DNA of 34,484 nucleotides from Marsupella aquatica (lineage: Eukaryota; Plantae; Marchantiophyta). Both the position numbers and the translations under genes were made by a program. The notes beneath the pieces were generated by a model that saw only the letters and a list, made by a program, of their open reading frames with translations, did not search any database and was not told the origin of the DNA. The DNA lies in NCBI GenBank assembly GCA_973895155.1, contig CCZZQB010000056.1:1-34484 (forward strand), given 5' to 3'. Below, in pieces: positions 20,901-30,085 of the stretch. Numbering within the stretch: the stretch's first letter is position 1; every line of letters starts with the position of its first letter.

Positions 20901-22873
20901 TTGACATCGTCGTAAATAGCACGACTCTCCTTAAGTAATTTGTCAACCCAATCTGTTCGGAGACCAAGAAGCACATCACAATTTAAAATTGAGTGGGCTT
21001 CTTGAATAATAGCATGCACCATATCTCGAAAATTGTCGATTGTAATAGATTCACCATCAACTAGACATGCTGTATTATTGGCATTCAATGGTACTAGTCT
21101 TGGCCATACTGGAGTCCCTGCAGTAATCCTATTTGCCAAGCGCAGAGATTGCGATACAATAGTAAATGGAGTAGGTAGTGCTATGTCACTTAAATATTGA
21201 AGAAGTCGATCAACTTCTTCATTAAGAATGGTGCTTGGGTTTTTATGCCAAAAACATTGTGCAAGGTGCATCAAAATGGTCACCCTAGCCCAATATTTGA
21301 GTATCGCCATTGGTTGTGTAAGATGACGAACATGCCAAAATGAATACTCTTCTGCTTCTGGACTGTGGCCAACTTTTATGAGTGAATGTAAAATAAGAAA
21401 CCGAGTGAAAATACAGTTCGCTGCTCTTCCTGCTTCAAGTGTTGCAGGCATCTTTGGAGTCCAAAGATGAATCAACACATTATGTAGAACAGCTAAATCA
21501 ACATTGTCAATAGAATTGTCATCTAATTCATTGAGTTGACTCATGAATTTTTGAAGAGCAATTTCCATTTCTTCTCTGTTTGTTTGAAAAACATGAATGT
21601 CCGAACTAAGCTCATTAGAAGATGATCGAAGCAAGCAGAGAATGAATTCTGTGATTATATCACAGTACCTACTCCTTGATGATTTTGAGTTCAATTGATT
21701 GAATCCCACTGCAACATCATCATTGATATTTGTCTTCTCCACTAGTCTTCTCAATCTGTAATCCACCTCTTTAAGAACCAAATCTTGTACATTGTTCATG
21801 TAGATAGTCACCACTTGACTGACATATGAGAGTGGAGATTTGCCCTGCTTTGGTGGTGGGAGCATCTGTGCTTTCACCTGCAAAAATGGTACCCCTTTTG
21901 GCATGAATTGGGCCGCAAGCTCATGCCATTTAGACTGTGCTAGCCATGGAGTTAGCTCAGCAATTGGAGGTAGAAGTTCTAACCGCAAAGACTGAAAATG
22001 GTCATCAAACTCCTTTGTGATTATAGCCCTCAAACTTTTAGATTGCAAGTGACAGTCATCCCCATCGAGATTGAGATTGTGATGTTGAACACCAAAGTAT
22101 TTGAGGCCTATAACACGATCTGAGAGGATTTGAACTTGGCATTCACTCTTCACATTGACATAGGACAACTCAGGATGTTTTCTCAAACGATGATTGGACA
22201 TTGACCTTTTCTCCCCACAATAGTAGATGCATTGTTTGCAAGAAAAGCCGTGTCGAATGACAACACCTGGTACTGGAGAAAGCAATGCAGCTGGTGGATC
22301 TCTTGTATATGGTAATATGGATGTATCATCCATGCTTGTAAAAGAGAACTGTTGTAAGCTCCTCAATAGTTGATGACTGTCGTAGTCTGATGCTATTCGA
22401 TGACACCTTGATTTCTCCCGTTGATGCTTTTGAACATGATGAATGATATTGATATTTTCATTGTATATGAGTACCGAATGACACTCTATACATACAAGGA
22501 AAACCAATTCCTCATGACGAACAACGCAGAGATTAACACTTCTCAAGATCTCTGGTGTACCAGAATGATCTGGTGTAATGCACAATCCTTCATTAACCGC
22601 CAAGTCGTGTGGATCAACAAATCTTTCGACTTGATTAACATGGATTGTGTCATAGTGTCGGCGAAGACTATCGCCACGTGTGTAATACTGAGAACACATA
22701 TTATCGGGGCATGCGAACATCCCATTTTCAGACTTGTGGAGGATCTCCACAGTGCCATCGCAATGCTTGAATTTGAACGTCATCCTGTGCTCAAAACGTT
22801 TGTGAGCATCTCTTGCTCTTGCTGATTGAAAAATCTGCTCACACGCACTACATGGAAAAATGGTTGTCTCCAT
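17912..22873 (-). CDS. Telomere-linked-helicase-like protein: C2H2 + DUF3505-like Zn region + tyrosine-recombinase-like domain + RecQ-family helicase + C-terminal Zn knuckles (1653 aa)
   Basis: Intact, uninterrupted ORF. Helicase motifs are LPTGTGKS (K1068), VVVPFKSL, FDEIH (1156-1160), LTATLPP, VATGVIGSG and HQESGRAGRDG, plus the RecQ Zn motif CRR...C...CDIC. N-terminal C2H2 fingers are CSAC..H...H and CPDNMC..H...H. DUF3505-like motifs are LVCIEC...HVQKH and GFSCKQC...H...H...CQVQ...YFGV. The central region has TAGLPARGEE, YHK, SEYRH and GGHT...HHY. Confidence 0.88.
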   Translation of the reverse strand: METTIFPCSACEQIFQSARARDAHKRFEHRMTFKFKHCDGTVEILHKSENGMFACPDNMCSQYYTRGDSLRRHYDTIHVNQVERFVDPHDLAVNEGLCITPDHSGTPEILRSVNLCVVRHEELVFLVCIECHSVLIYNENINIIHHVQKHQREKSRCHRIASDYDSHQLLRSLQQFSFTSMDDTSILPYTRDPPAALLSPVPGVVIRHGFSCKQCIYYCGEKRSMSNHRLRKHPELSYVNVKSECQVQILSDRVIGLKYFGVQHHNLNLDGDDCHLQSKSLRAIITKEFDDHFQSLRLELLPPIAELTPWLAQSKWHELAAQFMPKGVPFLQVKAQMLPPPKQGKSPLSYVSQVVTIYMNNVQDLVLKEVDYRLRRLVEKTNINDDVAVGFNQLNSKSSRSRYCDIITEFILCLLRSSSNELSSDIHVFQTNREEMEIALQKFMSQLNELDDNSIDNVDLAVLHNVLIHLWTPKMPATLEAGRAANCIFTRFLILHSLIKVGHSPEAEEYSFWHVRHLTQPMAILKYWARVTILMHLAQCFWHKNPSTILNEEVDRLLQYLSDIALPTPFTIVSQSLRLANRITAGTPVWPRLVPLNANNTACLVDGESITIDNFRDMVHAIIQEAHSILNCDVLLGLRTDWVDKLLKESRAIYDDVNNTEVGYNFVIDPRNRILQQHGLDLLTHLFVDPKIRGHFILGRTDRNDVIWNDITLYKWMTACSDLQEKLNLLIHFTAGLPARGEEYNSFLIRNTATSERSFYWATAGPDDDPTTKLLEHHTIALFQTYHKGANTGAPMKPLIRFLPSSLRTLFLVYFCLVRPTQSYVAQKIWGKEVARNYDDCWFVDMDKKQDAHDLSKSIHNNFFKRCGVTFGLSEYRHLAAFFSEKIRDQRTQDLDDIVDVAGGHTTATMGHHYAQSVKDLRAIDGHLLRAFRIFTDKWHALLNLSDKSPRLIHLDSSTTGCREVTLDPFPRTTTVLRPRHDIELEIDHVPSKTRVVYCPAYGEPSTSVVGDVDSALHICHDTSIRASIALHKLGHKRWRSTEQAISVALAIENTVDFVTVLPTGTGKSLIFMAPSTLMDKTVIVVVPFKSLISGHLSECRKAGIGHTVFTSGFALGIGVTPAIVFVSIETAADSDTFGVFANHLQATQRLHSIVFDEIHTLQCHFRPKMRNLISLMKVPCQIIGLTATLPPTQQSDIELTLGSRLHWVRSSTVRPNIRYMVVEVPDMDGEIVRQLQDWKRSSLVHDRAIVYCLTRDEVQEMAKLLEARNLCYTFLHAGCSTADTVKTLKKWESKGCEIMVATGVIGSGYNYKSIRLVIHRGNFRSFEQFHQESGRAGRDGLLAISTVVSNSSYRNEALRMDSNFKIPNKWIEETKMCRRFALHASVDGKPQMCYLIPDAIPCDICSQAADNQELPMEYEAEELSQARSEVVEIVSQGSISQNIQGGQSVRVTAPGERTTPASSLGSSQGKGTTTTVVARARPTLIKQRIDEAMNKICIIRKFAGDRKKCLMCWSPLSKSVPHGILQCPYVRGRCVKCLGTHNRANCDNKFPSRPDTCFKCHFPHQPSGMRFHEGLYGDQCEDESGERLRLFVWKAWRFDNIQSDLFRAIPEIKGKSDQELCEWVVSTSPEALGNNFMRLVATIVRIKYPEFR

Positions 22874-23599
22874 CGATCCTACACATCAATGTCACAAGCT
22901 CGTGCCATAAATCGCCATGTACTATCGGGAATAGATTACAAGAAGCGCAGGAATAGATTACAGGAAGCTCATGCAAGTGTTCTTTGTCTCTAGTATCTAC
23001 CAAGCTACTGAACTCTCAAGCATAGTTATAATTGAGCTTGCGCTTGAGTTCTGATCATGATGTTACAAGGTAGTCTATTGGAGTTCAGTTCTCTGTAAAA
23101 AATTCAGAGCAATGTAATAAACTAAAACCGTAAAGATTTGGAGTCTGAAGACATCAATGTAAAGCTAATAAATGTGTGCACAAAAATAGATAATCATTGC
23201 ATGGCCAGCTATGCAGTCAACCCCCAGAGCACAACTGACAGCTACATGCCCAATGCATTTTGCATACATATATAGATTCAAAATCATAATCCCATGCATA
23301 TATTCGCATTTGTTAAGAGAATTTAAGGAATTATGTCCTTCATGAATTAAAGCTTGTCCCAATAGATTACTTTTATTTAATTTACCTGACAAAATATTAT
23401 GGGGCTTGGAAGCTTGTAGAATGATTCTGTTCAATTCCCAAAGGTAGATTATCGCAGTTCAACTTGCCGCCGACATTTGCAAAGTGACTAGCTGCAACCA
23501 CTGTGTAATGCGATACATGTGGGCAACCACTGTATAATGTGATGTGGCAACTCTACCATCTAATGAAGACAAAATGCTTGAACTAAGGACATCAATGTT

Positions 23600-25070
23600 T
23601 GGTTGTAGATTGGGTTAGGAAATGTGGGTTGTGGCATGGGTTTAGGGTCTTATGTTGGGAGTTGAGAAAGACTGGAGTTACAAAATTTGGTGTGGTGTTG
23701 GGGCTGAGGGGGTTGGGAGTTGTGTGTTGGGGATTGAGGGGTTGTGGGTTCAAGGGGAAGTTGTGTCTTGGGTTGGGTAGGTTGAGAGTTGTATGTTGGG
23801 GAGCTTGGTTGCAGATTGGGTTAGGAAATTTGGGTTGTGGCATGGGTTGGGGGAGATGTGTTGGGGGTTGAGAAAGTCTGGAGTTAGGGAGTTAATTTGT
23901 TGTAGAGTTGGGTGTTGGGGGTTAAGGGATTCATTTGGGGAGTTGTGTCTTGGGTTGGGTAGGTTGAGAATTCTGTGTTGGGAGTTGAGTAAGTTGGGGA
24001 GTTTGGTTGTAGGTTAGGTTAGGAAATGTGGGTTGTGGCATGGGTTGGGGGAGATGTGTTGGGGGTTGAGAAAGTTTGGAGTTAGGGAGTTAATTTGTTG
24101 TAGAGTTGGGTGTTGGGGGTTGAGGGATTCATTTGGGGAGTTGTGTCTTGGGTTGGGTAGGTTGAGAGATTTGTGTTGGGAGTTAACACAGTTTGGAGTT
24201 ACAAAATTTGGTGTTGTGTTGGGGTGTGAGGGGGTTGGGAGTTGTGTGTTGGGGATTGAGGGGTGTTGGGGATTGTTGGGTGTTGGGGGTTGAGGGATTG
24301 GAAGTTGTGTCTTGGGTTGGGTAGATAGATAGTTGTATGTTGGGGGTTAAGGGAGTTGGGGAGTTATGTGTTTATCGGTTGAAGGAGTTTGGAGTTTGGT
24401 TGTGGGTGGGGGTTGACATTGTGGGTTGGGGGAGTCGTGGGTTGGGGATTGAGGGGTTGTGGGTTCAAGGGGAAGTTGTGTCTTGGGTTGGGTAGGTTGA
24501 GAGTTGTGTGTTGGGAGTTGAGTGAGTTGGGGAGTTTGGTTGTGGGTTGTGGCATGGGTTGGGGGAGATGTGTTGGGGGTTGAGAAAGTCTGGAGTTAGG
24601 GATTTAATTTGTTGTAGAGTTGGGTGTTGGGGGTTGAGGGATTCATTTGGGGAGTTGTGTCTTGGGTTGGGTAGGTTGAGAGATTTATGTTGGGAGTTGA
24701 GAAAGTTTGGAGTTACAAAATTTGGTGTAGTGTTGGGGGGCTGAGGGGGTTGGGAGTTGTGTGTTGGGGATTAAGGGGTTGTGGGTTCAAGGGGAAGTTG
24801 TGTCTTGGGTTGGGTAGGTTGAGAGTTGTGTGTTGGGGGTTGAGTGAGTTGGGGATTTAATTTGTTGTAGAGTTGGGTGTTGGGGGTTCAGGGATTGGAA
24901 GTTGTGTCTTGGGTTGGGTAGGTAGACAGTTGTATGTTGGGGGTTGAGGGAGTTGGGGAGTTATGTGTTGGAGGTTGAAGGAGTTTGGAGTTTGGTTGTG
25001 GGTGGGGGTTGACATTGTGGGTTGGGGGAGTTGTGGGTTGGGAGTTGCCGGGGAAGTTGTTTGTTGGGAT
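23600..25070 (+). repeat. G/T-rich modular minisatellite with telomere-like strand bias
   Basis: The 20-mer TTGTGTCTTGGGTTGGGTAG occurs at 23761, 23943, 24141, 24305, 24476, 24655, 24798 and 24902 (spacing 104-198 bp), mixed with other recurring modules. The plus strand has very few C. Confidence 0.92.
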
Positions 25071-25083
25071 AGAGACAACCATG

Positions 25084-25260
25084 TTGTAAAAGATGGACAA
25101 GAAAGATGATAAAGAAAATCCAACACAAAAGGGAAAATCAACACTAAACCTTTGAACCTTTGATCCCTGAGTATAGACAGCCACAACAAGGGCAGACTGA
25201 CACATTGGGCAGTCAGTTGTAAAAGATGGACAAGGAAGATGATAAAGAAAAGCCAACACT
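25084..25260. repeat. Direct repeat of about 44 bp, copies about 133 bp apart
   Basis: TTGTAAAAGATGGACAAG.AAGATGATAAAGAAAA.CCAACAC near 25084 and 25217. Confidence 0.8.
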
Positions 25261-25435
25261 TAGTCTAGAAAGAGGGGAAATTCAGAGAAAATCTGGACTG
25301 TCAATAAGAAGAGATAGATGGGCAAGATCATGTGCAAGGACTTCAATTCAATCCAATCTTCAATGGAAAATCCCAGTTCTTACAATATACGGTTAACATA
25401 ATTATGTATACAAATCATCATTCCTGCTTATATGT

Positions 25436-25675
25436 CACAAGTATCTCCTCGACAAGACAAGTCAACAATAAATATCAACCTGCTTATCCGCCACAAGTAT
25501 CTCCTCGATAGGACAAGCCAACAATAAATATCAACCGTGAAAAGTCAAAAATAAATGTTAGCCGTGGAAAGTACCTCCTTGACACGACAAGTCAACAATA
25601 AATATCAGCCATCGAAACAATAAATATTAGCATGGAAAGTCAACAATGAATGTTGGCCGTGGATTTTAAATGAAC
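25436..25675. repeat. Degenerate tandem repeat, about 45-60-bp unit, 4-5 copies
   Basis: Variants of AAGTA.CTCCT.GA.A.GACAAG.CAACAATAAATATCA.CC recur. Confidence 0.8.
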
Positions 25676-26030
25676 GGGCCAGATGCTTGTATACACACGA
25701 CCACACCATCTTCTTCACGACCGCCACTACACTTGTTACAGGCCTCCAAAACAGCCACACAGCCGCTGCACTACGGCCGTAATGCGCCGATAATATATAT
25801 AGGAACCCCTCCCCCACCCTCACCCCCAGCTCGTTACACCCCCAAAAGCTACAGTAGGGTGGCACTCGCCCCCTGGTACACGCACCCCGAAAATTGGGGG
25901 GTACCCCCACCCCTAGCCCATCCAAAATGCGCACACAACAAACTGGGGGTCAAACTCACCCCCAATATTCGATAATCATACCAGTACTTAAAAAACTGGT
26001 ATGCCACATGTGAAAACTGGGGATGACACT

Positions 26031-26130
26031 CTAAACCCTAAACCCTAAACTGATGGACCACTTCGAAAACAAGGGGCGAGAACTCGGGGCCAAACTCGGG
26101 GCGAGAAACCCTAAACCCTAAACCCTAAAG
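26031..26130 (-). repeat. Two short interstitial telomeric tracts in inverted orientation (CCCTAAA on + strand)
   Basis: TAAACCCTAAACCCTAAAC at 26031-26049 and AAACCCTAAACCCTAAACCCTAAA at about 26106-26129. Confidence 0.9.
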
Positions 26131-26273
26131 ATCCAAAATCCCACATTCCAAGTGTGAGGGCCGCCTCCTGGTCCTGATCCTAAGTCTAAACTTGGAGATC
26201 AGCGCCCCCCTGCCCACTCACGCCTCCTACCTCCACGTCCGCCCTTCCTAAAAGGAACGGCGCCCTTGCACCA

Positions 26274-28091
26274 TCACGACACCGGTGGTGGATCCTCAAT
26301 GGACGCCCCCAACGCTCCCTCCGCAACCACTGCCGTTGGTCCGTCCTCTGACAGATTACCTGCCTCTGACCGAGTCAACTTTTCATTGGCCTGACTGGGC
26401 CCACCCTCGGCTTCGGCTTCGGCTTCAGCTTCGGCCACGGCCTCCAACACGGCTACAGTCTCCCCGGCCTGCTCAAGAGGTGGATCTGGGATACCGGCCT
26501 CATTATTGAGAAGTTCGGCTTGGGCCGCGCCATCCCCACCTTTGGTGATAGTGGGATCTACTACCGCATTCATGCTGGAGGTTGGTACCGGTTTTACTAC
26601 AGCTTGAGGGGTCGAATAACCTCCGGACCCCGAAGGTTTCCGCTTCTTCTTCTTCACTACCTCTATAGCCGGTTCCTTCCCCTTGCCGCCAACGTCCGGC
26701 ACCGGGCCGTGTGTCATGGCTGGTCCTTCGGCAATTACCACCCCTAGTAACTGGTTTGCCCCAATGGGAGATGGACCTGATGCAGCTAAGCATTTAAATA
26801 CTGCGGCTTGTTTCTTCAGCCGCTCTGTTTGGTTGTCGGCCCGCCGCTGTAGGTTCTCCATCTTCCTCGTGACTTCCTCCAACTCCTCCTGGGTCTCATC
26901 CAGGTCCTTACGTGCCTCCTCCAGCTTGTTCTTGGCTTCCTCCAATTCCCTGTGGGCTTCCTCCAATTCCTTCTTGGTGGTAGCCCTCTCCTCCTGGGTT
27001 GCTCTTAGCTCCTTGTCGAGCTCCGCTACGACCTCAGACTCCATGTTATTCATCTTGGCATAAGTCTGGTCGAGCTGGGCGTCCTTCTCCCGCAGGTTGG
27101 CCTTGAAGCTGGCCGTCAAGGACGCAAGCTCCTGCTGTAGCGCAATAATCCCTTGATAGGATTTCCCTAACTCAGCCTCCTTCTGCTCAAGGGCTCTGTG
27201 GATGACCTCGAGCTCCCCCTTCAACGCCCTCTCCCTTCTCTGAGTCTCCGCCGTGACCCGGTTATTGGCTGCTATATGGGCCTCCTCTGCGTCTCTCAGC
27301 TCCTTCTTCCACTTCTCCCTCTCCTTGATTGCGTCGGCCAATGCTCCCTGGGTCTAAGTCAGTTTATCCTTGATAATCTGATTATCAGCCTGCGCGGTAT
27401 CCAACTGCCCCTGCATGATGTTCAGCTCATGCCGCTTAATCCGCAGTTCATCTTGGGCTTTCTTGGCCACCCTTAGATCTTCAATCTCGGCTTCCATCCT
27501 CCTAAGCCGCCGGATGACCTCGTCCTTCTTGCTTCTCTCTAAAGCCACCGCTTCTTCTAATTGGTGCTTCTCTAACTGCTCCCTCTGGAAAAAGGGTCCT
27601 ACCTCCAACTCCTCCCCAAAGATGCTGAGCGCAAGTTCCCCACACATCTCACCATAATCCATGGCTCTATTTTTAGCGTAGGTGGAGTAATTAGAAGTGA
27701 TCGGCATTGCCCATCGCGGCCTCTGCTCCCAAGCCATCTTGCGGATCTCTTCAATCGTGGCTAGAGGTTTGCTTCCTTTTTTGGCTAGCCGCCTGATGTC
27801 CTCCGGCCAATCTCCTCCTGGCAAATCCTTTTCCCTAGCCAGGGCTGCCTTTTCTGCTTCCCTAAGTCGCTCCTGAAATTTCTATGCCGTCTGCTTTATG
27901 CCGTCAAATCTCGGGGGAGCAACATTTGGTGGGGGAGACTTGGGAGGGTGTGGACGAGGTATATTTGAAGTTGGCAGAACTAGGAGACCATTTGTACTGT
28001 TGCTATATGGCTTAGTTGTATATTTTGGAGTGCACTGCTTGTATGGATCTCTAATTTTAATGGAGACACGAGCAGCGCTGATTTGTCTCAA
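26274..28091 (-). pseudogene. Coiled-coil protein reading frame (about 606 codons) broken by two in-frame TAG stops; probably transposon-associated
   Basis: ORFs 28091-27882, 27824-27354 and 27341-26274 share one frame and are separated only by TAG at 27884-27882 and 27356-27354. Strong heptads (ELEEAHRELEEAKNKLEEARKDLDETQEEL), a KKKKRK basic patch and an acidic low-complexity tail. Confidence 0.7.
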
Positions 28092-29399
28092 CTTTGTTTT
28101 GTACCATCCACACTAGTGGGAAATCTGAACGTTTCTTTCAAATTGGGACCGACGAGGAACTTACGAAGTTTTTCAATCGACATGCAATTCTCATATTTTT
28201 CATAGTCTCTAGCTTTACAAATGTAGCAACGCCTTAATCGAGTTGGGCACACTGACTGTGTATGTGTTTGTGTTCAGCTAATTCGAAGAGTACATGCACT
28301 TCTGGTGAACGCTCATCCGGATGAAAGTAAAGATGAAGAAAGCACCTGGGATAAAGATCAACATCGTGATGCTGATGCTAAAGCTGTTCCGGACTTTTAT
28401 TACCCTACTTGGCCAACAAAGCAAGAGAACTGAAGTGATGACTAAATCCCTTGGAGGCCGACCAGGAGTTGCAACGTAAAGGTAGTGCGCCAGGTGAAGG
28501 AAGTAGGGTCACGAAAGGCAAATATCGATGATGTATCTCAATTCTGCGGGAATTGCATCCAAACGTGATTATAGTTTATCTGGAACAGTTGGAAGTTTTT
28601 GAGTTCTGATTCATACCAAAGTCGTGAGATCTTTTGAATGACAGAAAATGTAGTTTTTCTATCAGGTGCTCTGTCCCAAATGTGCAAGTTACTCCAAGCT
28701 TTTAAGGAGTACTTAGTGCCTACACCGGGATTTTTGGTGTTTAGTGTACCAGAGTACTATAGGATGCTTCGTTTTCTCAAAATCTTGGGGGAAGGGCAAT
28801 TCAAGTGGATAATTGTCCCACATATTTTTTATGCAGAAGAATTGGCATCGAGGCAGGACCGCTTCATACAACTTTAATGAAGCCAATTTCGTCAGTCTGG
28901 CATATTCAGGTTTCTGCCCTGAAATGTGTACTTAGTGTTGACATAGAGTCAGAGAAGGCCCTACATACATACAGAGAAGGCCACTTTGTTGTTAAACCAG
29001 AAATGCCTTCTTCGTTGTCTAAACGTCTTGTTGGTACCTTTTTAACTCTTTAATATGCTAGGTGACTCACTAATGGGGTACGAGAAATTCATTTTTTAAT
29101 GTCCTCGGCTGGATGCGATGACAATTTAGCGGGCTGAATGAAGTTGATCAAACTGAGGGCATTGCTCGTACAGAGATGCAAGGTCAACATTTTGTTGTAA
29201 GGCAACAACGTATGGTAGAATTTCGACAATCTTTTTCAGGAACAAGAACAAATTTAGGGGACTGAGAAACGTAAAATACATCCCTCCATTTTATATGTGT
29301 ATCTCCCTCCCCAGATTGTGACATGTGACTCCTATTCATGACCACGGCAAAGGAATATGCTGACTTGAAGGAAATTATTCAGAGGCACAAGGTTCAGAG

Positions 29400-29620
29400 G
29401 GAGGGGAAGGAGGAGGAGGAGGAGGAGAAGAGGAAGAAGAGGAAGAAGAAGTGGAGAAGGGAGAGGAGGCTGCAAGTCCTATGCAACCTGAGCCTAAGAA
29501 AATGAAGAAGCTAAGAGTCCTAACCCCAGGAATTTACATTCCTAAGGGGACAAAGAGGAAGAAGAAGAGTCCTTTTTGGAAAAAGGACTATTATGTGGAG
29601 AAAAGATATGAATCCTAAAT
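29400..29620 (+). other. Purine-rich (GAG/GAA)n tract, possibly an E/K-rich coding fragment
   Basis: GGAGGAGGAG...GAAGAAGAGG run; one frame reads EEEEEEVEKGEEAASPMQPEPKKMKKL. No family recognised. Confidence 0.3.
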
Positions 29621-29899
29621 GTTGAAATTCTTTTACGCTTGTTGACGATTAGGTCTTTTGTAAACTCTCTGTGGCTGAGCTTTGTATATTAACCTTGTTG
29701 AGGCACTCACTAAGTTGTTTGAAAGCACATAAGACCCTGAAAATGAGCCATGGTGTTGAGAGAGCTGTGAATACGCGAATAGCTGGCCTCGGGGTCAGCC
29801 TCGACCCTACTATCACGAGATCAGTCCCTATTGCAGGGCCACTACGGAACTATTTCTACTTTGTTTGAGCTCAAATTTAGTGCGGTTGAGGGGAAGAAC

Positions 29900-30085
29900 C
29901 TGGGTGTTTGACAAAGTGTCGGCAAACGAGAAGGAGGCAAAAGGGGTGGGGACTAACGGAGCAGGCCGTTTGGTGCAAAATTGACTAAGAAGCGCGATGG
30001 GCGACGATCTGTTGAACGAGATGGGGGTGATGGGTCGGGAGGTAGAGTAGGGGTTGCAACAGCGGGAGGAAGTGAGCAGCTGCAT
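29900..30085 (-). other. Possible orphan first exon encoding a plastid-transit-peptide-like segment
   Basis: GTAGCC-ATG start, an S/T/R/P-rich sequence with almost no acidic residues (MQLLTSSRCCNPYSTSRPITPISFNRSS...), and a possible CAG|GT donor. No downstream exons identified. Confidence 0.25.

Noticed and set aside
17931-22825. Small ORFs overlapping the helicase gene in other frames or antisense
   Set aside because: They are shadow ORFs of a long coding sequence with no motifs of their own.
23592-25259. Many G/W/L-rich and P/T/N-rich ORFs on both strands
   Set aside because: They are translation artefacts of the G/T minisatellite.
26285-27657. Plus-strand ORFs opposite the coiled-coil frame (S/L-rich, RLRLRL)
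   Set aside because: They are antisense shadows of E/K/A-rich codons.
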